64,000 nucleotides of DNA from Azolla caroliniana (taxonomy: Eukaryota; Plantae; Polypodiophyta), in the NCBI GenBank assembly GCA_043228905.1, contig JBHGNT010000001.1:21762001-21826000 (forward strand), in the 5' to 3' direction. Below the pieces are notes generated by a model that saw nothing but the letters and a program-made list of their open reading frames with translations, was not told the DNA's origin and made no database searches. Below are positions 25,501 to 36,307 of the stretch, piece after piece. Within the stretch, counting starts at the first letter, position 1; each line of letters begins with the position of its first letter. The translations under genes and the position numbers were made by a program.

Positions 25501-26620
25501 CCTCTACGGGTTGAAGCAGGCTCCCCGACAATGGTACCGGAAGTTCGATTCCTTCATGACCGATCAAGGGTACCACAAGACGCAGGCCGATCATTGCGTG
25601 TTTGTGAAGAAGTTCGAAGGAGGCAACTTCCTGATACTCCTTCTATACGTGGACGACATGTTGATCGTCGGACGGGACCAAGTCAAAATACGGATGCTGA
25701 AGAAGGCTCTCAACTGGACCTTCTCAATGAAAGACTTGGGTCCGGCAAGACAGATGCTGGGGATGCATATTATCCGGAACCGGTCAGCGAAGTAATTATG
25801 GCTGTCACAGGAGAAGTACGTGACAAAGGTGCTTCACCGGTTGAACATGTCAGAAGCGAAACCGGTCAGATCGACACTTCCGGCAAACTGCAGGTTATCC
25901 GGTAAGCAAAGCCCGAAGACGAAAGCAGAGAAGGCGGATATGATGAAGATTCCATATGCCTTTGCCGTTGGGAGCTTGATGTACGCAATGGTGTGTACCC
26001 GACCGGATATATGATACGCAGTCGGAGTGGTGAGCCGGTTTATGAGCAATCCCGACAAGGAGCACTGGAACGCTTTCAAATGGATACTCCGGTATTTGAA
26101 GGGCACTTCAAATATGTGTCTCCGATTCGGCTCCGGAAAACCTCAACTTGACGGTTTCACCGATTTGGACATGTCGGCTGATGTGGATACCAGCAGGTCT
26201 ACATCCGGGTATCTAATGACATATGCAGGGGGAGCTGTTTCGTGGCAGTCGAGGCTGCAGAAGAAGGTTGCGTTGTCAACCACAAAGGCGGAGTACATGG
26301 CGGCTGTGGAAGCCGGTACGGAAATCTTATGGATGAAGGACTTCATCGGAGAGCTCGGTATCCAGCAAGATGAATATCGGCTCTATTGTGACAGTCTAAG
26401 TGTCATCCACCTTGCTAAGAATGCGGCCTACCATTCCTAGACGAAGCATATCCAGCGAAGATATCACTGGATCCGGGAAAGAGTAGATGACCAGGAGTTC
26501 GCACTGACGAAGATCCACACGGCCGAGAACGGGTCAGATATGCTGACCAAAGTGCTGATACCCGACAAGCTGGATGCATGCCGGAAGAGGATCGGTCTAG
26601 TAAGACACCCCATGCCGGAG
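22577..26620 (+). pseudogene. A1 gag-pol polyprotein, broken by several stops and frameshifts
   Basis: CCHC knuckle CFYCGKPGHFQKNC, protease VDSGAS, IN RADNGGEY, RT LYVDDML, RH VALSTTKAEY. Confidence 0.95.
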
Positions 26621-26633
26621 TGAAGGGGGAGTT

Positions 26634-27115
26634 TGTTGGGAGACAGGTCCCTCCGGATGGTGCAGACCCGGTGAGAACCGGATGAGGAGTACCCAGCTAC
26701 GGAGAGCCGGATGGTGCAGGCCCAGTGAGAACCAGATGAGGAGTACCTGGCTACGGAGAGCCGGATGGTGCAGGCCCGGTGAGATCCGGATGAGGAGTAC
26801 CCGGCTATGGAGAGCCGGATGGTGCAGACCCGGTGAGAACCGGAGGAGGAGTACCCGGCTACGGAGAGCCGGATTGTGCAGGCCGGGTGAGATCCGGATG
26901 AGGAGTACCCGGCTACGGAGAGCCGGATGGTGCAGACCCGGTGAGAACCGGATAAAGAGACATATTCGTAAATATGTTTCTGAGAGTCCATCGAGGCCAT
27001 ATTTTGTAAATAGCCGAAAAGTCATATTAGTATAAATATGGCTTAGGGCAAACTTTTAGTAACGTGGTTGTTATTATTATTTCTTGTCTGCGTGAGATCA
27101 GAGCGCGCAACAGTG

Positions 27116-27152
<37 letters not shown>

Positions 27153-27432
27153 GTCATTGCCTCTGTTGTAACCGCCGTCTGTGGCGAAGATTGTGAGCAC
27201 GAGGTCGTTGCCTCCGTGAACTCACTGCTGTACATACTAACCTAGTGATAGTTTGCAGCCTGTGAGCTGCCGTGGTTTTTCCCCTAGTTTGGGGTTTTCC
27301 ACGTAAACATCATGTGTACCTCTTCTCTCCTTTTGTGTCGCGTGTTTTCCGTTTCCTGTTTTTTTTTCTGTGTATGATTCTAAGCTCGGTTGTGGCCGAG
27401 CGTTGTGCATAAGGAGCGTTGAGTTCTCGTCA
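26634..27432 (+). repeat. 3' LTR of A1 (799 bp) with five-plus 54-bp units
   Basis: Direct repeat of 21696..22547 lacking one unit. Confidence 0.95.
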
Positions 27433-27746
27433 ATTTCTTCGTTGGGGCTGAGGACTCCGCACTCTTTGAAATGTTCCTCGGCCCTCTTCTTCTCCCAGCC
27501 ACTGACACCAGCTATCGTACAACCTCCGTTGTCGGAGACCCAAAACATCCTACCTATAATACACTTGTGGGGTTCTGCCGGAGTGTTTGGACTAACGCGA
27601 CCTGATGCCTTGATAGCCCTCTCTAAATATCCCCTCGGCTGTCGCCACCGAGGGTCTCACAGTTACGCTCATGGTTCGGTCGCACTATCAGAAATTGGAT
27701 GGAGTGTCACCCATCTTGGCTTTCCACGCGTGCGTACACCGAACCA

Positions 27747-28798
27747 TTACGCAACACCTTTGTCTCCATGTGTGCCACCGTAATGTACGGTTCGTCGAGT
27801 ATCACCGGGTGCGAGGACGTCTCTTGCATGAAGAAAATGTTGATCAATCTCGACATCACCGATTTTCACACGTACATTCGGGCAAGCCCCGTGTAGCTCC
27901 TCCGTGGCGCGTGTTGCCGCGCGTATCTTCCACTTGTGCTTGGTGTTGATCGGCCACTTCCCTTTCTTATAGAAGTCCATAGACATCAGGTTGATCTCCG
28001 ACCCGTGGTCAATAAGCGCCACTACCGGCTCCTGGACGTCCCCAACCCGAACGGGGGTTTCCGTAGTAGCCCTTGCCCAGTGCAACTTCGAATAGTGGCT
28101 CTCCGCCAACTCGTCTTCCAGGGCCACGTCCTCCAGGTGCATCGTTCGAACCTCCATCGGCTTCTCCGGCTCCGGCTCCGTCGAGAGATGTTTACGCTTC
28201 ACCAAGTCCACGATGGAATTGTGGAACTCCTTCTTGGCGATCCCAAGCACCTCCCTCAGCGACAGCTCCACCTTTCTATCGAGAATCCGCTCCTCGAGGA
28301 GCTTCCACAAGTCCGTCGTCCTTTCGACTTCAGTGCCCAGCTGGTAACCGGTCAACCTTGCTTTGTCTGCCATGCCGGGATTGCCGGCTTCATTCCTCTT
28401 CGGCCCGAACCGGATCTCGTACCGATTCAGAGCCGCGGCCCCACCGGCCTTCCCTGCCCTCTTACCATCCACCAGAACTTCGTCGTTCTTGCACGCGGAT
28501 TCTATGATACCGGTCTTCTCCTCGACGGCCTCTGCATGGCGCACACTTCTTCCATCAACCTCCTCATTCCGCCGCGCCCAAAAATTGTCTCTAGGGGTCT
28601 CCAGGTATCACCGGTGTGCACCCGCCCTTTCCATAGGTATAACGAATTACTTCTAAGTGCGTCCGCAAAATCTGCGCAGTCTTTTTGAGCCTGGCCAACG
28701 GCGTCGCACCACATGCACCGTTGCCCAGCCGGAGGCCTCCAGTCGCAGGACTGTTCGTCGTTGTCTCTCCAGGCTTGTGAGATTTGGAGATCGCACAC
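27747..28798 (-). pseudogene. G3 gag C-terminus (degenerate zinc knuckle) and aspartic protease
   Basis: CMWCDAVGQAQKDC and VALIDHGSEINLM; homologous to 63338..63958. Confidence 0.85.
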
Positions 28799-29241
28799 TA
28801 TAAAAACGAAGGTGTGGAAGCGTTAGACAACTGGCTTAGTCTGATAGAAACAAAGAGAGAGAGAGAGATTAACACACAGAAGGTACGCAGGAGAGACAAA
28901 GAAAGAGCAGAACAACTTAAATCTATTATCAACAACTCTGTAAAATTCTCTGTCCATACAACGTGCTCAACATCACTATTTATACAAGTCCTAAGAGGAC
29001 TGACAGAATAACGGTGTACTTCAATGCTCACACGAGTGTCTGACACTAACTACGAGACATTAACTACCTAGTAGTCTAGGCTACTACTAGGCTTTCGGTT
29101 ATTGCTAGATCCGGGTAACCGGCTCCCCAGCTCACTGGCTTGCTTGCTCACTGGCTCACCGGTCCGGCTCATCCTTCCGGATGTCGATCCGGCTCAGGCT
29201 TATTCAGCCGATCCGGATCTAGTTGAGCTTGCTGCTCAACA
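28799..29241 (-). repeat. 3' LTR of B2
   Basis: Direct repeat of 45225..45659; terminal CA mutated to TA. Confidence 0.92.
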
Positions 29242-29756
29242 CTCCCCCTCAAGCTCAACTTGAGGTCGGATCGTAGTGTCAGTCTCCATGGCAACCGATC
29301 CTTCCACCCGGCTCCTTCTGGCGTCACTCCGCCTCGCTCGCGCTCCTCATCCGGTCCGTTCCCTTTTACTGCAACCCTTCTGATTCTGTGCAGCTCGACC
29401 TCCTCGGTCGGCTTGTCTGCTCAACAGGCCCAATTAAGCTCCCTCCCTATTCTGACTTTAACGCTTGCCAATTCACCGATTCCTTCATGTTGGCGTCGAT
29501 TTTTGCGGCCTTCTCGTCCTCTTGGCCTTGAATTGATCCGGTTCTTCCGAATCCATCTGTTGACCGAATCGGTTGTCTCTTATTCGTTCTAGCTCTTGTC
29601 TGAATCGGTTACTCCCGATTCGTCTTCCGATTCCAGACCCTTCACCACATCAAACCATGTCCGGGTCTTGGCCTTCTTCTTCCGGTCGGCTTTGTCCTTC
29701 TTGACTCTACTGTTGCTGATCGCTTGTTCCAATTTGTTTGGATGTGTCAAATTCCT

Positions 29757-31111
29757 TTATCGGCTCAACTCCTTTCTTCTTCTTGTCCCTCCCTTTTCGG
29801 TTCTTCCCTCAGCGGTGCAATCGGCAGTTTCTTTGCCTTTGCCCATTCCGGTGTCTTTGCCCGTTCTCCCCCTCAAGTCTGGCACGTCGAGATGCTGAAC
29901 ACGAAGCATTTCGGTGAATTGCTGCAACTTGTCCGATCTGAGCAGTTTGGTGAAGATGTCCGCAACTTGCCAATCCGTATGAACATACCGAAGTTCGACT
30001 TCACCGCTCAAGACACACTCACGCACGAAGTGGTAGTATACTTCTATGTGCTTTGTGTGAGCATGGAATACGAGGTTCTTGGTGTGTTGCATGTTGCTTA
30101 TGTTGTCGCAGTAGATTAGGATCGGGGTTGGCACCACGATCCGTAGGTCTTGCAACAATCGCCAAAGCCAAATGGCTTCACAGGTGGCAATGGTAGCGCT
30201 CCAATATTCAGCCTCAGTGCTTGAAAGGGCCACTGTTGGCTGCTTTTTGCTGCTCCATGCAACAACCGCACTAGCAAGGGAAAACATATAGCCGGAGGTG
30301 GATCGCCAATCTGATGCATTGCCAGCCCAATCGGCATCGGTGTAGCCGACTAGCTCTTCGGTTATACCATGCCGGTATAATAGTCCTCGGTCCTTCGTGC
30401 CGCTCACATATCGCAAAATTCGATGCGCACACAGAAGGTGGTCCACGGTCAGCTTCTACATATATTGGCTGATCACGCCGACCGAATAACTGATGTCGGG
30501 TTGGGTGATTGTCACAAATATAAGACTTCCGACGATTTGTCGGAACTGCTTCTCATCGCAGGCCAGTCCGGAGTCGGGATGGAGCTTTTGGTTCCGGTCC
30601 AGGGGTGTGGAGATCGGTCAGCATTCCGTCATGCCAAACTTGTACATCATATTCAACACATAGTGTCTTAGTGAGAGCAATATATCATCGGGGGTTCGGA
30701 TCACCTCGATCCAAAGGAAATAGAGAGGGTTCCCCAGGTCCTTCATCTCAAATGCATTTGATAGCTGGGACTTGACTCGGTTGATTTCATCAAGTCCGGA
30801 TCCGGTGATGACTAGATCATCAACATACAGCAAGATGTAAACCGCACCGTCCAAACCTTGTCGGATGAACAACGAAGAGTCGGACTTGGAGGCCGCAAAC
30901 CCCATCTTACGCAACCGGTGCGTGACCTTTGCATTCCAAGCTCAGGGGGCTTCCTTCAGGCCATAAAGTGACTTCTTCAGCTGGCATACAGCCGACTTAT
31001 TCATCTCCGACTAGAAACCGGGGGGTTGGACCATAAAGACCTCTTCTTCAAGATCTCCTTGAAGAAATGCATTCTTCACGTCCATCTGGTGAAGATGCCA
31101 CCCCCTTGCCA
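29757..31111 (-). pseudogene. B2 RT C-terminal half and RNase H
   Basis: [45 protein letters not shown]. Confidence 0.92.
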
Positions 31112-31530
31112 TGTTGCCGTTTAGGAACACGGTCCGTGATCAGTCCTTCGACCTAGACCTCAAAGTGGGTGTGGAACAACAAACAGGTGTTTAAGCGTAA
31201 TGCGTAAGGGTAGACCCCTATAACCTATCAGCGTATAAGGGAAGACGGCTACAACCGAATCCCTATTAAGGGTTACACTTACGTACTACGATGCTTAAGT
31301 ATTCAAGACACCCACACTGAACTAGTCGTAGCTATACACAGAAAATCAGAGAAGATAGGATTCTATTATAAGGCATTTCTTTACATTCCCCAAAATTACA
31401 CTGCCCTTTATATATGCAGGGTCTAATTAGCTATTCACGCTTCCTGCGTGAACCGTTACATGCGTTATGCTCTTATATAATTTCTTACTCCTACACTTTT
31501 GTCCGTCGGTTACTATTCCGGCGGACAACA
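31112..31530 (-). repeat. 3' LTR of G1 (419 bp)
   Basis: Termini TGTTGTCC…GGCAACA on minus, TATA-like ATATATAAAG near 31410. It interrupts B2 RT exactly at 31111. No partner LTR to confirm. Confidence 0.8.
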
Positions 31531-31982
31531 CTTGGCACGCCTATGGGATAGTGCCTTTGCACGTCGGACCCATCCCTTAATCTTCTTCCAAAATGGCCCG
31601 GATGTTCAGCTCTGCTGTGGTGTCCTCGTCCGGAGGTGATGTAGGGGCCCGTAGGTGCATCGTGGTGTGGCTCCTCTATTTGGTCAGGCTGGTTTCTCCT
31701 AGAGTCGTCGTCGCCGTGTGTGGGTGGTTCGGGTACGGTGGGCTCTTCTTGAGCTAGTGGGTTCGGCTCCGTCGTTGTCTTGCTTGCAGTCGGCTGCGAC
31801 TCTGCCTCCATTGTTACGTCCTCCGTGGCGTTGGCCGTTTTTGTATGTTCCTGGGAGTGGGGCGGAGATTCCGCCTGGTTCGCACCGTTCTCCGTGTGGT
31901 CTGATGATAGTGTGGGCTTGTGAGGCGGGACCTCTTGTTGGGTAGTGGTTTTGATGTCTGGTCTTGTGGGGAACTCCGCTCG

Positions 31983-34273
31983 TCAGTCCCCGTTATTCTC
32001 CCTCGTTGTCATCTCTAGTGATCGGGCCTGAGGTTCCTCTTCTTCGGCTGGGGCCGGAATTGGTGACGCGCTGGATTCCTCGTTTGTGCGCGTGTTGCCG
32101 GCTTGCGTGATCTGGTGAAATAGTTCCTCCTCACTTTCACCAAAATCATCTAAGAGTTGTGCAAGTTCTTCGGAGTGTTGGTCTGCTAGCGCACGATAGT
32201 CTGGCACTAGGTCCTCCCATATGGTCGCAATGCTCTCCTCATTTAGTTTATAGAAACCTCGACCGTCTTTTCGCTGGTTCTCCCAGTCCGCACGATACAC
32301 GTGCAATTCCGTTGCTTGGGTTGCCCACGCCATCCATCCTTTGTCCAGTGCCGTTTTCAATTGCGCTGTGAACCTCTCCCGATTTGCTTGGAGAAGGATC
32401 CGCACGTTATCTGTGATGGCCTGGCAACGGTTGCGTGCGTCTTCCATTGACTTCCGGAGATTTGCGATTTCCTGTTGTTTAACGGCTGCCGCTTCCTGAT
32501 GTGTGGCCTTCAGGCCCGCCCACAGCTGGGATTCCTTTGCATGTTTTTCTTCTAATTTCCCCATCTCGTTGTTTAGGCAGATTTCGAGCTGATGCCTTCT
32601 GTCTTGTTCGACCACCAACTGCTCATCGAACCATACCTTCTTTTTTTCTAATAAGGCGCGAAGTCCTGCTATTGCCGCCTCTGATTTCTTCGCGTCCTCT
32701 CGTAATTGTGCGCTGTCATCCTTTGTCCGGATGTGCTGAGCTACCTCCGTAGCTAGTTTCTCTTCGAGAGTTTTTACTACCTTCCGTCCGTTAGCCCATA
32801 TCTCCTTTTCTCTGTCTGAGGATTGGCGTAGTTCTGCTCGAAGACGGTCAATTTCGGATTCTGCTAGCTCCACGGCCCTTTTTGCTTTTGAGGCGATGGC
32901 GGTCTAAGCCTTGATTTCTTCTTTTAGAGCGTCGATGACATGGTTCGGTGGCGGGGTTGCGTGTTGCGCCGTAGTCGCGTGAGCTTCCAACTCCGCGATG
33001 CGTGCGTTGGCTTTTTGCAGTTCGGCTTCGGTCAGTTTAACCTTCTTCCATACATTCTTATTTTTTATGGCCATCTCCTTGGCGCCCGTGCTAACCTTTG
33101 CCAGTTCCCGATGAACTTCGACTAGGGCTGTGTTTAAGGGCGGTATCTCCATCCCCACTCGCCGTACCCCGACGTTCCTCTATCTGCCGACCTTGGCTAG
33201 CCGGTCCTCATCGTCACTCTCCGTTGTTTGTGTTAGGGTGCTCGATCATCTGGCGTTCCACATGCTCCTCGGCCATTCGTTGGGCGGCTTTGACTTGTTG
33301 TGTTGCCAGGAACACCATGAGCTCAAAAGAAGTATTGAACTGCAAGAGGGCGCTGAACTCATGGGCCGTATCCGGGATATCCGGATATGCCAAAACCTCC
33401 CTTTCCGCCATCAATACGGCTTTCCCTCGTTGGGACTGAGTCGTAATAATCGGTTCTGTTGCTGCGGCGCCTTTGCCTTCAGTCAAAGTCTCTGTTGCCG
33501 TGGGGGCATTTTTTACCAACCCCCCCCATCTTTCCTATCCAATCTGCGCTGTTTTGGTCTAGGGCTTTCCCGTCGTGTTTCGGTGTTTGGTTATGGGGCT
33601 GCTTCCCTGGAGCGTCTCGGCTATTCCTCCTGCGTTGTCCGTGTGTCCGGCTGGTCGGTAGGAGGTGTTGTCCTTGGGTCTGGCTGGGCCGGTTGGGGTT
33701 CCTCTTCCCACTCTGGGCCGATAACTCTGCTAACCTGCGTTTCGTGGATCGGGGCGGGGCTGTGGGTTGGCTGGGCTGCGGTGTTGGTAGGCCTTAGGGT
33801 GGAAATAGTATCGTAAGGTATTGTTGGATGATCGGCCTGAGCTTTTTGCCTGCTTGGTACACATGCAAGCCTTCCCTTAACGCTAGCCTTGTGATGACCC
33901 CCTAGTCGATGGCATGCCCTTCAAAGGTATCGATAATTATGCCCGCTTTCTGCTTAGGCATCCCGTATGCGTTGACATGTACGCAGCCGACTTCTAGCAA
34001 GAACTTGGCAACTTCACGGAAGAAGGGATCCGGAATCTGTTTTGTTCTATAGGCCTTGCGGAGGAGGAATATGGTCCAAAATACCTCTGCAGCACCTAGT
34101 GAGGATAGGTCCAACATCTTCCGGATGGAAGAGTTGGTGACCGTGGCGATGTTAAGCTTCCTGGCGATGTCCATGGCATCTAGGTGCGGAGGTGCTTCTG
34201 CGACCCGGATGTAACCATCCAGGAGTTTCTCCACGAGCCATCGGCGTAGGGCAGTAGAGATGAAGATCGGCAT
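31983..34273 (-). pseudogene. G1 extra ORF (N-terminal conserved domain, low-complexity linker, coiled coil), broken by stops
   Basis: Pieces 33902..34462, 33214..33519, 32904..33158 and 31983..32873 align with the G2 extra ORF. Confidence 0.75.
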
Positions 34274-34670
34274 CGCCAGAGTAGGTTCGTGGGGAGGAGA
34301 CGGGTGGTTGTGGTGAGTTGGAGCTCTGAGATAGGATGGGGAAGAAGGTGAGGAGGAGGAGCGATGGGAGCGCTGATAGCTAGAAGATGGGTTTCTGGTT
34401 TGTGCAGAAAATCTTTTGTTTCCTTCTTTTTGTTGCTTAGGGTTCATTGGGCGGTGAGCCATCGTGGTGCCACGTGTTCTTGAACTAGGAGTTTGTGCAT
34501 GCCTTTAGTCGTTTTAATAGTCACTATCTTCTCTCTCTTTTTCTTTTTTCTTTTTTTTCTTTTTTTTTTGTAACGGTTATTTACAACCTATTTTTACATT
34601 ATAGTACAAATGGGGATGTCCATTTTACGGTGCGGGTTCCCCGGCTGTGTCCCGTTCGGCGGTGAATGGG

Positions 34671-35550
34671 TTAGGTGGCGTAGGGCCCAGGTAAGGTTTG
34701 AGCCGAAATCCAGTCACCTAGTTGGAACGTGCCTTGTTCAGCTCCAATTATCCAGTATGGGCCGGTCCAGCGGAAACGTAACTTCCCCGGCATATGGCCC
34801 ATGCGCATTTGAAAAACTAGCACCGCTCGGCCCACGGCGAACTCCTTTTCCCTTGCGTTCCGATGTTGATCCACAAATGCTTTACACCGTCGTTGTTCCT
34901 GTTCCAACACCGCCATGCTGTGGACGCGTTTTTCCCCTAGTTCGAGGAGTTGGTAGAGTCGTACCTCCTCCGACTTGGCTTCTGATAATCGGTTCCGTAC
35001 CTGAATGCGCAAACTAGGTACCTGAAATTCGACCGGCATCACAGCCTCCAGTCCAAACGCTAGTCGGAACGGTGTTGACTGTATGCTTGTTTTATAACTA
35101 GTTCTGTATGCCCATAACGCACTCTGTAGTTTGGTATCCCAGTCCGTTCTATTTTCATTTATAGTTTTCTTCAAAATGTTCTGTAATGTCTTGTTCATGG
35201 ATTCTGCTAATCCATTCGCTTGTGGATAATATGGCGTGCTCTTCTTGTGGACTAGGCGTAATGATGTGTTAGTTCCCGAACCACCGTATTGAGAAAGTGA
35301 CTCCCCTGGTCACTGATGAGCTCAATCGGACAGCCGAACCAGCACCAGATGTGCTCGTAAAGGAATTTGGTTGTGACGGGCGCCGTAGTTTCACGTAGTG
35401 CCTTTGCTGCTACCCATTTGGTGCAGTAATCCATGGCTACCAATATGTATTTGTTGCCCATACGTGCCGCCGCTGGTGTGAAGGGCCCTACAAAATCCAA
35501 TCCCCACTTCTGGAAGGGGTCTAGCGGTAATACGGGCTAGTGTGGCATCC
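34671..35550 (-). pseudogene. G1 integrase core and C-terminus
   Basis: DFVGPF, LISDQGSHF, NKTL…ALWAYRT, RWTGPY. Confidence 0.92.
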
Positions 35551-36276
35551 TGTTGGGATTTCGGTCCCTCCGGATGGGATGTCCGGAGATGAATGACGGC
35601 AAGCCCGGTTGCGGTTACGGAACTGGAGGATGAAGAGTACCCGGCATGAAGCCGGATGAAGAGACCCCGGCTACGGAGCCGGATGATGAAGACCCCGGCT
35701 TCGGAGACGGATGATGAAGACCCCGGCTTCGGAGACGGATGATGAAGACCCCGGCTTCGGAGATGGATGATGAAGACCCCGGCTACGGAGCCGGATGACG
35801 AATGTACCCGGAGAGAGATCCGGATGCGGGGACATATTTGTGAATATGTTTGCCAAGGGCCCTTGAGGCTATATTTGTAAATAGCCCGAAAGTCATATGT
35901 GTATAAATATGACTTAGGGCAAACAGTTTTGTGGTTGTTACTCATTTTTCTGATTTTCCACTTAGAGGGAGCTAAGTGAGCAGCCGAGAGAGAGAGAGAG
36001 AGAGAGAGAGACGAAGAGGTCGTTGCCTCTGTGTATTACCGCCGCCTGTGGCGAAGACAGTGAGCTCAAGGTTGTTGCCTTGTAGCTTCACCATTGTACA
36101 TCTCTGTTTATAGTGATAGTTGGAGTTTGATGACTCCCGTGGTTTTTCCCATTTAGGGTTTTCCACGTAAAACATCCTGTGTACTCTTCTCTCTATTATC
36201 TTCGTGCATTTTGTATTTCCTGTTTTCTGTGAGTTGATCCTATTCCTTGGTTGTGGCCGAGCACTGTTTTGTAACA
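35551..36276 (+). repeat. 5' LTR of A2 with about 5 copies of a 28-bp tandem repeat and (AG)n
   Basis: Unit GGATGATGAAGACCCCGGCTTCGGAGAC at 35681, 35709, 35737 and 35765, plus a variant near 35654. Confidence 0.95.
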
Positions 36277-36307
36277 AACTGGTATCAGAGCGACGGTAAC
36301 ACAGAAA

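Larger units (their letters stand above)
21696..27432 (+). mobile_element. Full-length Ty1/copia element A1 (disabled)
   Basis: TSD ATTTC at 21691-21695 and 27433-27437. LTRs TG…CA. PBS TGGTATCAGAGC at 22550-22561. PPT at 26618-26633. Confidence 0.97.
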
